Assembly: GCA_951406725.2 (NCBI GenBank)
Contig: OX597817.1
Location: 136,214,001-136,278,000 of the forward strand
DNA: 64,000 nucleotides
Origin: Octopus vulgaris
Lineage: Eukaryota
Direction of reading: 5' to 3'
Of the stretch, positions 1 through 13,679 are shown piece after piece. The notes beneath the pieces are model-generated. The model searched no databases. It saw only the letters and a program-made list of their open reading frames with translations, and was not told the DNA's origin. A program made the position numbers and the translations under genes. Numbering within the stretch: the stretch's first letter is position 1; every line of letters begins with the position of its first letter.

Positions 1-70
1 CAGATGCCATGATAATTCTAAGGTATAGGTACAGGAGGTGGTCAAACTCTGCATAAGGAGTAGACAACCA

Positions 71-113
<43 letters not shown>

Positions 114-324
114 TACAGATTGAGGTTCTTTCAGTTTCTGCCTACAAAATTCACACATTAGGCTTTGGTCAGCCTGGGGCTATAGTAGAAGACTTTTGCC
201 CAAGGTGCTACACAATAGGACTGAACCTAGAAACATGTGGCTGGGAAGTAAACTTCTTACCACACAGCCAGTGGATATTAAAACAATGATGATGATGATG
301 ATGACGATATATATATATATATTT

Positions 325-685
325 GTTTATTTGTTTCAGTCATTTGACTGCGGCCATGCTGGAGCACTGCCTTTAGTCGAGCAAACTGACCCCTGGACTT
401 ATTCTTTGTAAGCCTAGTATTATTGGTCTCTTTTGCTGAACCGCTAAGTTACAGGGACGTAAACACACCAGCATCAGTTGTCAAGCGATGGTGGGTGGCG
501 GGGGACAAACATATACATATATATATGACGGGCTTCTTTCAGTTTCCATCTACCAAACCCACTCATAAAAGGCTTTGGTTGGCCTGAGGCTATAGCAGAA
601 GATACTTGCCCAAGGTGCCACGCAGACGGACTGAACCCGGAACCATGTAGTTGGTAAGCAAGCTACTTACCACACAGCCACTCAT
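325..685 (-). mobile_element. tRNA-headed SINE, family S1 (octopus-type)
   Basis: Reverse complement reads gagtggctgtgtggtaag...ggttccgggttcagtcc (A/B-box-like head), gccttg/gtagatggaaactgaaagaagcc body and ccagcatggccgcagtcaaatgactgaaac tail. The same sequence recurs more than 12 times in the window; a partial copy lies at about 120-270. Confidence 0.85.
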
Positions 686-1994
686 ATACACACACACACA
701 CACAAGATCATTGTCATTGTTTCCATTCTTCCGTGAAAACATGTTCAACCTTTGAGCGATGGGGAAATATTACCATACTTGGAGATAGGTGGAGACTGGC
801 ATCATGAAAAACATCATCTGGCTGTAGAAAACCTACCTCAAAGCATTTTGCGTGACCCATGCCAGCATGATGACATTATGATGGTGATGACAATGATGGT
901 GATGACACGAAGCCAGGATGCAACTGTAAGTCTGCTGCATCCCCAAGTGACTGAGATCCTTCTTTTGTGTGAGGAACGTCCCAGACGGCTTGAGGGTAAT
1001 GCTTCTTATTGTTAGTTCAACTACATTAAAACAACAAATGTAAGAGTGGTGAGTTTGCACACTGCCGTACGCCCACACATGAAAACACACCCACACACCA
1101 AACACACAAGTAAATACAAATAAACACACATCAGATCTGAATGTGTTTACAAAGGGAAACGCGTTATTAGGTCATTTTTTTTTCCTTAGCAACAAATTGA
1201 TTTGTGTTGGAATATTGCAAAACACAAAAGATGGCAACTGTTGTTTAAGCAATATTTCTAACATTTATTGTGTTTAGAAATGGTGAGGATATCAGAGAAA
1301 GAAGTGGTGAGGATTGGTGGACTTCAGAGGCCGGCTTAATGAAATGCGTACTAATTAAAATACATGCTCATATGTACACACACACACACACATGTGTATA
1401 TAAATATATACATACATATGTATTTGTATGTATGCATGCATATATATATATTTGTATGTGTATAATACAGTTCACATGATTTGCAAAGAATCATTGTGTT
1501 ACCAAAATTTTCCCTTTGACAGTGAAAATCACCATCACAGCACATGATAATAAAAAAACATGTGTCTCTCTCTAGTTTAAATTAAACATCACTATTCAAT
1601 GGTAAAACTAATTGAGGAAAGAATATTAATTAAACCCTCAACTGATTATGAAATATTGGTGTAAAGATGAAGTTATAGAATTCCAGAGCAGAACATTTTT
1701 AGTGTATTTCTATTAATGTTTGTTTTTAAACAATATTTAGCTTCTTGTTCTGTGTTTAACATGTATTGCATAGTTATGTATGCGTGTATTATTTGCTCAA
1801 TTAACAAAGTAGTGTCGCATCACTCTGTAACATACATTTATAACATACTTCTGCAATATACATCTGTAAAATACCTGAGCAAAAGTTGTTAGTTGCATCT
1901 GTGAAGTTTTGCACCTGACAGAGACAAAAAGGGGTTACTTGTGGCTTTGATTGTTTAATATCTATGTTCTGCATTTGAAATGAAGTGGGGTGAT

Positions 1995-2240
1995 AGTCAG
2001 ATGTTTTCACCTCAACATTCTATTATTATTCACAGTGGGCCAGATGTTTCCACCTCATTATTCCACTATTATTCACAGATGGCCAGGTATCTCCATCTTA
2101 ACACTTCACTATTATTCACAGATGGCCAGATGTTTCTACCTCAACACTCCACTATTATTCACAGATGGCCAGATGTTTCTACCTCAACACTCCACTATTA
2201 TTCACAGATGGCCAACTGTTTCTACCAGAACACTCCATTA
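1995..2240. repeat. 43-bp tandem minisatellite, about 5.5 copies
   Basis: Unit gccagatgtttctacctcaacactccactattattcacagatg; gatgg recurs at 2121 and 2164 (period 43). Confidence 0.9.
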
Positions 2241-3166
2241 GCATTCATAGCATTAATATGGTAGATGTTAGCCTTGTGTATGCAATTAGGGATTTTCAAG
2301 GATTTGGATGTAATGCTTTTGGAATGCTTTTACAGCTAGGTCAATTATCCCCATCACAAGACACTATATAACATGGATTGAGTACATTTTACCATTCTAC
2401 CCATACGAGAGAAGTTTCTAAGAAGAGTAAAATGTTCCGACTACATTGTGTCAGTTTTTTATTCTGAGTTGCTGTGCTCCAAGACATGCTGTCTTCACCC
2501 TAATATAAAGGTTTTACATCTCCTTCATGCAGAGTTTTGTTGGAACTTACAGCTCTGCTAGACATATCAACAAAAAATAACTGCCACAAGAATCAAACCA
2601 TAAATACCCAACTCAAATTAAACACGATACACTACACACGCATACACGAAAGTAATTTAGAAACAAGCATTTGCCAAAACACGCACACATACTGAACTAT
2701 ATTAATACACAAAATACAAAAATCCTTGACCACAATGCACACCACCCCTGAGATCAATCATTCAAATAATACATGATAAGTAAGGAAAATTCTTTAATTA
2801 GTTTAATGGACAACCTCATTAAACCACAACAAACCTCCACCTCATAAAGTACCCTTCATCATTAATCAAAACAAAATTCAAAAAACAAAAGCAAAAACCA
2901 CTCAACCATCGCACACACACACACACAGAAACAAACATATTAAATCAGATGGTCTATACAAAAGATAAGAAAAAAACAAGCTCTAACAACAACACACAAA
3001 CATATCCAAAGATTTTTTTATGATACAAGATTCATATGCTGTAAACCCCCCTCATGGCCACATAATACACTCAGCACCCCACCCTTATTTTTAAGTATAA
3101 ATAAATATTTTATATTTTACTAATTTATATATACTATGAATCATTTGATATTTAATATAATATCAT

Positions 3167-3485
3167 AGGATCACGGTTTCAATTCCAAGACTGGGCATTG
3201 TGAGTGTTTATTGAGCGAAAAACACCTAAAGCTCCACGAGGCTCCGGCAGGGGCTGGTGGTGAACCCTGATGTACTCTTTAACCACAACTTTCTCTCACT
3301 CTTTTTTCCTGTTTCTGTTGTGCCTGTATTTCAAAGGGCCAGCCTTGTCACACCCTTTGTCATGTTGAATCTCCCCGAGAACTACATTAAGGGGCTCAGC
3401 CACTTGCACGTTAATTTCATGAGCAGACTGTTCCGTTGATCTGATCAACTGGAACCCTCGTTGCCGTAAGCAACGGAGTGCCATC
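3167..3485 (+). mobile_element. SINE, family S4 (other copies about 56950-57100 and 60355-60575 on minus)
   Basis: Truncated B-box-like ggtttcaattcc plus core gctcagccacttgcacgttaatttca...gttccgttgatc, found in reverse complement at 60400-60480 and more degenerately near 56960-57030. Confidence 0.6.
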
Positions 3486-4619
3486 ATATAATTTGTATAC
3501 AATACTATAATAATATTATTATAAACTCATAATGTCCCCCAATCTACTGGCTTCCTCCCAATGCCTCCTTTTTCTCTACCCCCACCTCGCACGACACCCT
3601 TAGACACCTGTGCTCACTTGGACCCTCTCAACACCCACCGGAGGGGTGGTAGCACCCAATTTGAGAACCTATGCTGTAAACTAACAACAATCTTTTGCAA
3701 GTGGAACAGATAATCTGGATAAGCCATACCAAAGTGCCTACCCATAAAGAAGTCTTCATTCCTGACCAAAACAAAGAACATTAGCAAAAGCCGCTCAACC
3801 ATGAAATACCATTTAGAAACACCTCTAGAAATAAATATGTCCTTAATTACTTTTACAGTTAAATTCAATCACAAACAAACAAATCATTAAGATTTCCAAA
3901 TTTTGATGGAAATTATATTCTCACCGACCAAATCAACCTTCGATGACATCAATATTCGCAAACACAATATGATATCACAAACTGATCAAAAAAAAAAAAA
4001 TAATAAACATTCAAACCACCATCGTTAAATAGATAAATTCAGTAAATATGCAAATATAACAACAAAATGAAAATTATATACCTACTCCCACTCCTCATCA
4101 ATGGATGAGACAAGAAAACTGAACACCATGTCATGTAAAAAAACCGACAAGGTAGAAAATAATAGTCAATCAGCAAACAGCCAACCAATGAACCGACAGA
4201 GAGAGTGGTGGAAATAGTGATATTAAAATAATTAAGATTGATGGATTCAAGGGATAAAAAATTACAGGAATTAATATAAATTAAGTGGTATAATGTAGTA
4301 CATAATATGATTGATCAAAACGTGTGCAAATTAATAATTGACTTTGCTATAAAGGCAAACGTTATATGTGGTGTGAAAGTTAGTTTTATAAATGTAAGAT
4401 GTGTTATCATGTATAAAATTTAACACATGATATAGAATAACAGATAATGGTATAAAACCATGAAGTGGATCACAACTAACGAGAGAAAGACAATAATCAA
4501 TTAGTTATTGGTTACATAAAATATAAATTAATGAATACAAAATAGTGAATCAAGACTAGTGTCTGACAGAAGGAAAGTAGTCACATTCATTGATTAGTAG
4601 CCTCGATAGTTGTCAGGTT

Positions 4620-6170
4620 TAAAATGCCTTAGAGATATCTTGTGCATGAAGGATGAAAAGAATTCAGCGTTTGTTCAATAGGGGAACTCTGGGAAAAGAA
4701 GACCTCCAGGTTTTCTGTGGTGCAGATATTGCAAAATTATTTATTTCTCAAGACCGATTCCATCCATTTCAAGATCATCCAGCTAAGATTAAAAAGTAGA
4801 GATTGCCCTTAAATTTAAAATGTATGAAATTTGTGATAGTGGATCTGTTGGTGTTTATAAATGGGTGAGAACAGGAACAGCATTATTATTGGGTTCCCGC
4901 CATTTTTTTAATTTTGGAATTTATTGTGTTTTTAAATTTTGTAATCTAATTTTTTTGAGAATTCTATTTTTGAATCATCTTGGAATCTATTTTGTTTTTT
5001 TTTCTAGTTAATTTTAGTTAATTTTTGTTTATTTTCAGATCATTAAAATGGAATGTCAAGTGAAGAAAAACTTCTGCACACAAATTCTCATCAAACGACA
5101 AGGAAATGCTCCCACACTGCTACAGAGAAGCATCTTCACTCGATGGGAAGGGGTCACATGTATGGAGCATGGGTTCCGCATGCTTTAAATGACAACAATA
5201 AAAATCAACAAGCCACAATCTCCACTGGTTTGCTTGCTCGTCACCACTCAACTCATGGACACAAGCAACAATTCCTTTACCGAACCGTTATTGGCGACGA
5301 AAACTGTTGCCTGTACATCAATATGAAGCAGTGTAAGGAATAGCTTAGCCCCGGTAAACAAGCGACACCACGCGTAAAGCAAGATTTTCATCCGTGTAAA
5401 ACGATGTTGTGCGTATGGTGGGACTGGGAAGGGATTATCCATTATGAATTGCTTGAATGGAACCAAACGGTCAATGCGGAACTCTATGTTCAACAGATGG
5501 AATGACTCAATACGACTATTCAAGAGAAAAGACCTAATCGGCAGCATGGAGTTCTTCTGCTGCACGATAACGTCCACCCTCATATCGCCAATATGACCAA
5601 GGAAGCCATTCAAACGCATGGCTGGGAAGTGCAGCCACACCTGCCATACTCTCCTGATTTGGCACCAACGGATTTCCACCTCTTTCGATCTCTTTCAAAT
5701 GCTATGCAAGGAGTTTCGTTCAATACTGATGCAGAATTGAGAGCTTGGTTGGATCAATTTTTCAAGTCGAAATCGAGTGATTTCTACCGAGATTTTGAAA
5801 ATCTTGTTGAACGTTGGGAAGAAGTTGTAAACAACAAGGGTGAATACATTATTGATTAATTAGTTGTTACTTTTTATTAAACCTTTTAAAAAACTTTAAT
5901 TTTAAAAAATGGTGAGAACTTAGTTGCCCACCCAATATTTGAAATGGCTCAGTGTTGTGCCAACATAGGTCTTTGGTATTAGGTTTGAATGCACTATGCA
6001 AGGTAGACAAAGTCCTTGGTGAAACAATTCTGGTCCAAAGAGAATGTGTCAAGGTGATGGCAATTGTATTTTCTACAAGAAATTGGTGGTTGATGTTTGC
6101 TGAGCTGAGAGAAGTTAGAGTTTGTAATGAATTGGTGAAAATGTGGATGTTTGAGTAGGCAACTTTCATA
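4620..6170 (-). pseudogene. Decayed Penelope-like element GIY-YIG endonuclease region, split by a mariner insertion
   Basis: Minus-strand frames give KVAYS, CRKYNC...SLDQNCFTKDFVYLA and KTYVGTTLSHFK (about 5940-6170). On the other side of the mariner they give STITNFIH, LSWMILK...FCNICTTENLEVF and LNKR (about 4640-4885). This resembles the CxC..C..C / VY..YIG / CNLC..EK / LNKR pattern of PLE endonucleases; many stops and frameshifts. Confidence 0.6.
4889..5935 (+). mobile_element. Mariner (DD34D) transposon, internally deleted and inactive
   Basis: Frames give MECQVKKN, GAWVPHAL, VIGDENCCLY, LLLHDNVHPH and YSPDLAPTDFHLFRSL. Terminal inverted repeats ttggg...ttcccgccatttttt / aaaaaatggtgagaac...cccaa are flanked by TA at 4887-4888 and 5936-5937. 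Confidence 0.92.
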
Positions 6171-8449
6171 GTGTTTCTGTCAAAAATTAATTGAGTGGTA
6201 AATTGTTTTCACCACTCAATGATAAAATTAAAAACATTTTCATACTATTCAGGTTGCAACAGTTAAGATGTTGAGCTAAAATGAGGACAAGATATGAGTG
6301 TATCAATTTCATTGCTTTAATGTCCATGTTTGTTAAGGCAGATGTTTCTCAGCCAAATACTCTTCTTCTCACCTGTTTCCAAATTAGGCCTGACTCCTTC
6401 AAACAACAAACAGCAGAAAATGGTCACTTGTGCTTTTATAGAAAATTTTCAATGAATGGTACAACCTGTAGAATGGTGAGATTTGTTTGCAATTAGTGTA
6501 CAGTGTAGAAGCAAAGACACACACACACACACACACACATGATGGGATTCTTTCAGTTTCTATCTCCAAATCTACTCACAAGGCTTGGGCTGACTCAAGA
6601 CTAAAATAGAAGATACTTGTCTAAGATGGCATGTAGTGGGACTGAACCCTCAACCATGTGGCTGTAAAGCCAGCATATCAACCACACAGCCATACCTGTA
6701 CCTATATACGATAATCTTTTAATGTCTGGCAGAGGTTGGAGGATTTGAAAGGATCTGATTGGTTGGAAGTTGGCATTGTGCTCTAATGTCTGCTTTGGCT
6801 GGATGCCTTTCCTAATGCCATCCACTTTACAGAGAGTGAGGGGTGCTGATGTGAACAGTAATGATGATCACACTTCAACTTGTATGGTTAAGACCCCACT
6901 CAACTAAAAGGGACTATAGTAGGGAGGAATGTAGCTTTATGTTAGGTGATGAAATGTTAGAGTATGAAAGAGGGGCCAGAATGAGTTTTCTTGCAGTAGA
7001 GGAGAGAAATGATTCCTAACAGTTTTACAAGTGTGAGAATAATTAAGGGGGAGGGAATGATGACAAAGTATCAGAGTAGGTCCTGGGAATTGAACAGGAA
7101 GGATGGATGCATATATAGGAAGAGTGATGGATAGATAGAGATGGGGTAAGGCGGGGGAAAATATACCAAATGATGATAAGAGTTGAGGAGGGGGGGGTCA
7201 ATGAGTGTGAGTTGGAAGGGAGGTAGGAGGGTAGATGTTGACTAGCAGTTGGTTAGGATTGAGGGATGAATGTAGTTAATGATGAAAAAGGGAAGATAGG
7301 TGATCAATAATACATAAGTTGGAAGGAATGTAGAGGGGAAAGTAAGTGTTGACTGGCAGTAAATAAAGGATGAAAAACATCATAACAGAAATACTACAGT
7401 AGACAAAAGAAGAATGAGGAAATGAGACATGTGTGGGTGCATAGAGAGTATGGGAGAGGAGAGAGACAGATGCAGAGTATGGGCAGTGAGAGAGATGTAT
7501 AGTGGTAGGAAAAAGTCAGAAGAAAGTGGCTCAGTGGAGAGAAGGAGAAAATTTGTAGCAGTGAAAGGTGAGAATGATCAGTGTAAAATGTGAGTGGAGA
7601 AGAACAGTGTTAAGAATGAAGATTAAATGGCAAGTGAAGTAGTTCCAGAAAGTGAGAATGGTAATTAGTATCACAGAAAAAGATGATAGTATATGTAGTA
7701 TTGTCCTTGTTTAATTAAGGCAGAAGACTGCTCCAGTTAAACAAGTGAAGGAAATGCAAGTGATAGAGAGACAAGGGTGTAAGTGGGGATTGCTTGCACA
7801 TACAGATATCGTCATCATCATCATCATTAATGTCCATTTTCCATAATGGTATAGGTTGGATGGTTTGACAGGACCTGGTAAGGCTGTGAGCCATACCAGG
7901 CTCCACTGTCTGCTTTAGAATGGTTTCTACAGCTAGATGCCTTTCCTAACACCAACCACTTTACAGAGTGTACTGGGTGCTTTTTATGTGTCACCAGCAC
8001 CAGTGCTTTTTATGAGGAATCAGCACTGGTGCCTTTTTATGTGGTGCCAACACTTTTTACATGGCACCAACATCAACAGGGTCACCATGTAACTTGCAAG
8101 ACAAACTCCCCTCAGCTGGGAGGAGGGAGTAGTATTGAGGTGGGGGTGCTTTGTGCCAGTTGGTGAGAGATTAAAGGTACAGAAAGACAGGTATAGGTAT
8201 CTTGTTGTAGAACAGATATGTGGATACCCCAGTTGAAAAAGGAAGAAGGGTGAGTTAGAGAGTGACAGTGAGGGAGACAGTGGCAAAGATGTGTTGAGAC
8301 AAGCCCTTGAGAAAAATTGTGGCTGGTGTGAGTGAGGTGATACAGAGGTTTTTGTCTAGGTGAGTGCACAGAATAGAGGTGACCATGATAGATAGGTGAG
8401 GTGTTAACAATACAGGGAAGAGAAGGCACTGAAAAGAGGTGACTGGTGG

Positions 8450-8915
8450 AGGTATGGCTGTGTGGTGAAAGGTTTGTTTCCACACCATATGGTTCTGGGT
8501 TCAGTTCTACTGCATGACACCTTGTGCAGGTACCTTCCACTACACCTCCAGGCTGACCAAAGCCTTGTCAGTGGATATGGTAGACGGAAACTGAAAGAAG
8601 ATTATTGTATATATATACACACACACACATACACATATGTAATGTAAATATATATTTGTGCGTGTGTGTGTGTGTGTGTGTGTGTGCGGGCGTGAGTGTG
8701 TCTCTATGTATTTGTCTCTCAGCACTGCTCGAAAACTAGTGTTGGTTTGTTTATGTCCTCAAAACTTTGCAGCTCAGCAAAAGAGACCAATAGAATATGT
8801 AGCAAATTTTAAAGATGAATGAATAAGTACTGTAGTCAATTTGTTTGACAAAAATCTTCAGGGTGGTGCCCCAGCATGGTCACAGTCTAATGACTACAAC
8901 AAGTAAAAGAATAAC
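8450..8915 (+). mobile_element. SINE family S1, full length with internal (CA)/(TG) microsatellite
   Basis: ggtatggctgtgtggtg head, ggaaactgaaagaag body, ccagcatggtcacagtctaatgact tail. Confidence 0.8.
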
Positions 8916-8951
8916 AGAATGTATATGTCTGTGTGTGTGTGTATGTATATG

Positions 8952-8996
<45 letters not shown>

Positions 8997-8997
8997 A

Positions 8998-9420
8998 ATC
9001 ATCATCGTTTAATGTCCGTTTTCCATGCTGGCATGGGTTGGACAGTTTGACTGAGGACTGGTGAGCCAGAAGGCTGCACCAGGCTTAATCTGATCTGGCA
9101 ATGTTTTTACAGCTGGATGCCCTTCCTGACGACAACCAGTCCAAGAGTGTAGTGGGTGCTTTTACGTGCCACCAGCACGAGGGCCGGTCAGGCGGTTCTG
9201 GTAATGACCATGCTCAAACAGTGATTTTTATGTGCTACATGCATGGGAGCAAGTCAGGTGGCACTGCTAGTGACCACACCCGAATGTTGTTTTTCAAGTG
9301 CTACTGGCACATGTTCCAGTAAGGCAACGCTGGCAACAACCACGCTCGAATGGTGACTTTCATGTGTCCCTAGCATGGGAGCCAATCTATAGCCCTGGCA
9401 ACGATCACGCTCGGATGCGC
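8998..9420 (-). mobile_element. RTE-tailed SINE-like element, family S2, with internal ~50-bp subrepeats and (GAT)n tail
   Basis: atcatcatcgtttaatgtccgttttccatgctggcatgggttggac...acagctggatgcccttcct. Further copies at about 7810-8110, 9615-9872, 14272-14870, 19850-20060, 21130-21540, 30450-30810, 30812-31082, 32760-33200, 40200-40480, 47402-47880, 48180-48700, 49060-49280, 50220-50400, 57700-57945, 59160-59775, 61130-61585 and 63870-64000. Confidence 0.85.
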
Positions 9421-9422
9421 TT

Positions 9423-9466
<44 letters not shown>

Positions 9467-9501
9467 CTCTTTATTTTATCTCCTTATTTCTTTCCATGTT
9501 C

Positions 9502-9537
9502 CTTTCTGTGGAAGAGCGTAGTCTCGAAACGTTAAAG
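9502..9537 (+). ncRNA. Degenerate minimal hammerhead-like motif (family C) in a short (TA)n-associated repeat, about 9462-9615
   Basis: cttt-CTGTGGA-a-gagc-gtag-tctc-GAAAC-GTT-aaag: helix I cttt/aaag, imperfect helix II, palindromic aacgtt; core deviates from CUGANGA. Confidence 0.4.
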
Positions 9538-10103
9538 ACTTTTTCACATTAAACTAATACATCGGTTTGTTGTCTACACCACATGCCTTCGTCTTTTTTT
9601 TTTGTGAATCCCTCCTTGGCGTCCGTGTCAGTGACACGTAAAAGCACCAACCAATCATGGCCATTTGCCAGCCTGCTCTGGCCCCTGTGCTGGTGGCACG
9701 TAAAAAAGACCCACTACACTCATGGAGTGGTTGGCGTTAGGAAGGGTATCCAGCTGTAGATACATTGCCAGATCAGATTGAGCCTGGTGCAGCCTCCATG
9801 GCTTACCAGGCCCCGGTCGAACCAACCAAGCCATGATAGCATGGAAAATGGACGTTACATGATGATGATGATATATATATATATATATAGAGAGAGAGAG
9901 TGGGGGGAGGGAGAGAGAGATAGATAGATAGATATACAGACAGACAGGCAAATAATACATTATAACTGAAAGGCTCTGATTTCCAGTATTCAGAGTCAGT
10001 CATTTCTCATCATCAGCTGATTAAACAGGCCTGGTTTTCTTTTGAAATACTCTACATTTATATTGAGCCCTGTAATTTACTGATTTTAGAGAATGATCAG
10101 AGA

Positions 10104-10169
<66 letters not shown>

Positions 10170-10197
10170 CACACACACACACATACATACATATAGG

Positions 10198-10510
10198 TGC
10201 AGGAGTGGCTGTGTGGTAAGTAACTTGCTAACCAACCACATGGTTCCGAGTTCAGTCCTACTATGTGGCACCTTGGGCTGACGAAAGCCTTGTGAGTGGA
10301 TTTGGTAGATGGAAACTGAAAGAAGCCTGTCGTGTAGGTGTGTTGACAATCGATGCTGGTGTGTTTATGTCCCCGTAACCTAGTGGTTCGGCAAAAGTGA
10401 CTGATAGAATGAGTACTAGGCTCACAGAGAATAAGTCCTGAGGTTGAATTGCTCGACTAAAGGCGGTGCTCCAGGCTGGCGACAATCAAATGACTGAAAC
10501 AAGAGAAAAT
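10198..10510 (+). mobile_element. SINE family S1
   Basis: ggagtggctgtgtggtaagtaacttgc...ggttccgagttcagtcc...aatgactgaaacaag. Further copies about 6540-6700, 20915-21712 (split by S2), 29340-29700, 34680-35020, 35540-35865, 41530-41890, 47000-47370, 59880-59990 and 62820-63010. Confidence 0.85.
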
Positions 10511-10517
10511 ACACACT

Positions 10518-10572
<55 letters not shown>

Positions 10573-11549
10573 CCATGAAGTCAGCAATACATATACTCAT
10601 ATACAATCCACAAAAGGAGTGTGTGGCAGAAAAGCTGTAGAAGTCAATTAGCTTGTTGGATCCAGGGAAGTCACCCCACCCTCGCCACTCCCTCCACAAG
10701 CACATCCCCCGCCCCCCACCGTCGCTGGTTACACTTAAATGATATAGTAGTAAACTATGATGATAAAATAATAAATATAACCTGGAGAGATATTAACTGG
10801 AGAATTTTATGTGTTGGTATTAGAAGTGGAATGGTCAGTTGGTGACCAGCAGTGGCCCAGTGTTTAGCTTGGATAAAAGTAGAAGAGGAATGAGTCAACA
10901 ATAGCTGCCAGTTTATCTCTGGCTGGTCTTTGTAAAGCCAAGACAAGTAGCAGGAGGGCATCGAGGAAGAAGAAGACGAAGAAGGAGAGAAAGCTGAAAG
11001 GAAGAAATAAAAAAAAAAATCAATAGCTATGGGAGAAATCGATATTCATGTCATTATTATTATACTATTACCTTGGCTGGAATTAACAGAAGCAGCGCTA
11101 TTGTTGTGAAGGCCGAATGAGTGGTCAGTAACTATATCTGTCGTTAACAATACTGACCATAGCTGGACACTTTTGGACTTGGCAAGAGACAAGCTGGAAA
11201 GAAGAGTTGAAATGAATCTAATTACAAACGAGAGAGGGAGGGAGGGAGGGGGAGATAGCAGAGGGGAGGTGGTGGTGGTGGAAGAGGGCGGTCAGCTTCC
11301 AAAGAAATTATGACTTGCATTAGTATGTGTTTACTTGCAGATGTGTTTGAGAATTCCTAATAGTGGTTCTGCTCGTTGTTGTTGTTGTTGCTGTGTTTGT
11401 TGTTGTTGATAATGGCATGGAGGCGAGGAGGAGAAGGAGGAAGAGAAGGAGGAGGTATTTGGTGTGAATAATGCAAGTTTGACTGTAATTAGTTGCAGCT
11501 TTTGATGTATGCCTTTTGATAATATAACCACTACCATAAGTAAACTTCG

Positions 11550-11700
11550 ATACACACACACACACACACACATTCACATATATGTATAAAATATGTATAC
11601 ACACATAAACACATATATACATATATGCAAAATACAGATATATTTAAATATTTCTTCTCTTCTAACCTGCATACTGACACAATACACACACACACATGCA

Positions 11701-11764
<64 letters not shown>

Positions 11765-11767
11765 CAC

Positions 11768-11798
<31 letters not shown>

Positions 11799-12190
11799 CA
11801 TATATATGTACATATACATATATGTATCTATATACAAACATACATATATACATATGTATGTATATATATACATACATACATACACAGATATATGTATGTA
11901 TATATATATATGTATGTATATATATATGCATATATATATATATACATACATATATGTATGTACATATATATATAGACTTATATATGTATATATATATATA
12001 TATATAAATACATATATATATGCATGTATATACACATATATATATGTATATACGTATATATACATATATGTGATTGTATATATATATACACATATTTATA
12101 TGTATATAAAAATATGCATATATATGTGTGTGTATATATATATATACACACATATATGTATGTATATATTTATATATATATATGCATATA

Positions 12191-12229
<39 letters not shown>

Positions 12230-12311
12230 ATGTGTTCATATATATATATTGATATATATACACACACATATATATATAAATACATATATATAAACAAATA
12301 AATATAAATAA

Positions 12312-12385
<74 letters not shown>
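11550..12385. repeat. Long compound (TA)/(CA)/(TG) microsatellite
   Basis: About 830 bp of alternating purine-pyrimidine dinucleotide repeats; similar fields at about 28180-28990, 29700-29920 and 37415-37625. Confidence 0.95.
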
Positions 12386-12387
<2 letters not shown>

Positions 12388-13655
12388 GACTTCACATGTC
12401 AGCATTGTCAGAAAAAGACTGACCACGTTCCTAGAGGAAAAATTACTTGCTTACAGACACACAACATGGTTTCCGTCCTGGACGGAGCTGCCTAACACAG
12501 CTACTACAGCATTTCGACTGGACACTAAAACAACAGCTCAACCATTCAAATGTGGATGGGATATATCTCGACCTTGCCTAGGCCTTTGACAAAGTCGATC
12601 ATGGGATGATATGTTACAAATTACATGACCTCAATATCGCTGGCAGACTGGGAGAGTGGCTGCATGATTTCTTGAAAGGCAGAAGTCAGCTGTCACAGCA
12701 AATGGTGCTCTCTCCGAAGTGTCACCAATCCTCAGCGGAGTCCCCCAGGGAACAGTGTTGGGACAACTGTTTGTGGTTGCTCTCTCAGACATGCCCTCAG
12801 CCATTGAGTCAGCCACACTCACCAACTACGCCAATGATACAAAAGTATCGCAGGTGTTCAAGGATCCTACTGACATCTTGAGACTGCAGAACGACCTGAA
12901 CACAGTATTTAAGTGGGCAGATGAGAATAATATGTAGTTCAATGCTGCAAAATTTCAAGCACTCTGCTATCAGCCCACAAACAAATTGCACAGGACCAGC
13001 AGGCAATGTAATCTCCGAGTTAGAGTCGGTGCACAACCTGGGAATCCACATGAGGAATGATGCAACTTTCCATGCGCACATTGCTCAGATAGCAAAACTA
13101 TGCAGGTGGGTGGCAGGTTGGATCCTTAGATCCTTCAGGACCAGGAGCAGAAACATGATGCTTCTGCTTTGGAAAACCTTTGTCCTCAGTTGTTTGGACT
13201 ACTGCTCCCAACTGTGGCCACCACAAAGAGCAAAACTAATTGCAGAATTAGAGGCAATCCAATGCCACTCCACACTGAAGATAGATTCAGTAAACCACAA
13301 GGGCTAATGGAAGAGGTTGAAGGAATTGGGACATGAGAGATATGCAGTGCTATGCATATGGAAAATAATGGAGGGTCTAGCTCCAAATTTCAGAATCGAA
13401 ATCAACAACAATCCCTGAACTGGACAGCACTGCACTGTACCAAAGGTCCCATCTTCTCCATCGAGGATACAAACCCAATATTGTAATAGCTTCAGATTCA
13501 AGGATTCACAACTTTTTAATGCCTTACCACAAAATATCAGAGGTGTAGACATGGAAGTCTTCAAAAAAGGTCTAGACAGTTTCTTATCTGCAACACCAGA
13601 CGAACCCACATTGTGGCAGGAGACACATAGAAAAGCAGCAAGTGAAATTGGCATT
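12386..13655 (+). mobile_element. 5'-truncated CR1/L2-group LINE, reverse transcriptase and C-terminal region, decayed
   Basis: QHGFRPGRSCLTQLL, IYLDLA*AFDKVDH, SGVPQGTVLG, YANDTKV (YADD-like), LQNDLNTVFKWA, NLGIHM, LDYCSQLW; frameshifts and stops. Confidence 0.92.
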
Positions 13656-13679
13656 TTTCAAAGAATTAAAATCTTTATT

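Noticed and set aside
917-995. Possible plus-strand exon DATVSLLHPQVTEILLLCEERPRRLE
   Set aside because: No polypyrimidine tract; directly follows a SINE tail.
1995-2240. CRISPR-like array
   Set aside because: No unique spacers, eukaryotic context and no cas genes.
6900-7800. Purine-rich strand-asymmetric tract
   Set aside because: No periodicity or ORF; similar tracts adjoin S2 copies elsewhere, so it is likely decayed repeat sequence.
11574-12426. Long Tyr/Ile/His/Cys-rich ORFs, also at 28076-29027, 29501-29930 and 37128-37773
   Set aside because: Translations of dinucleotide microsatellites.
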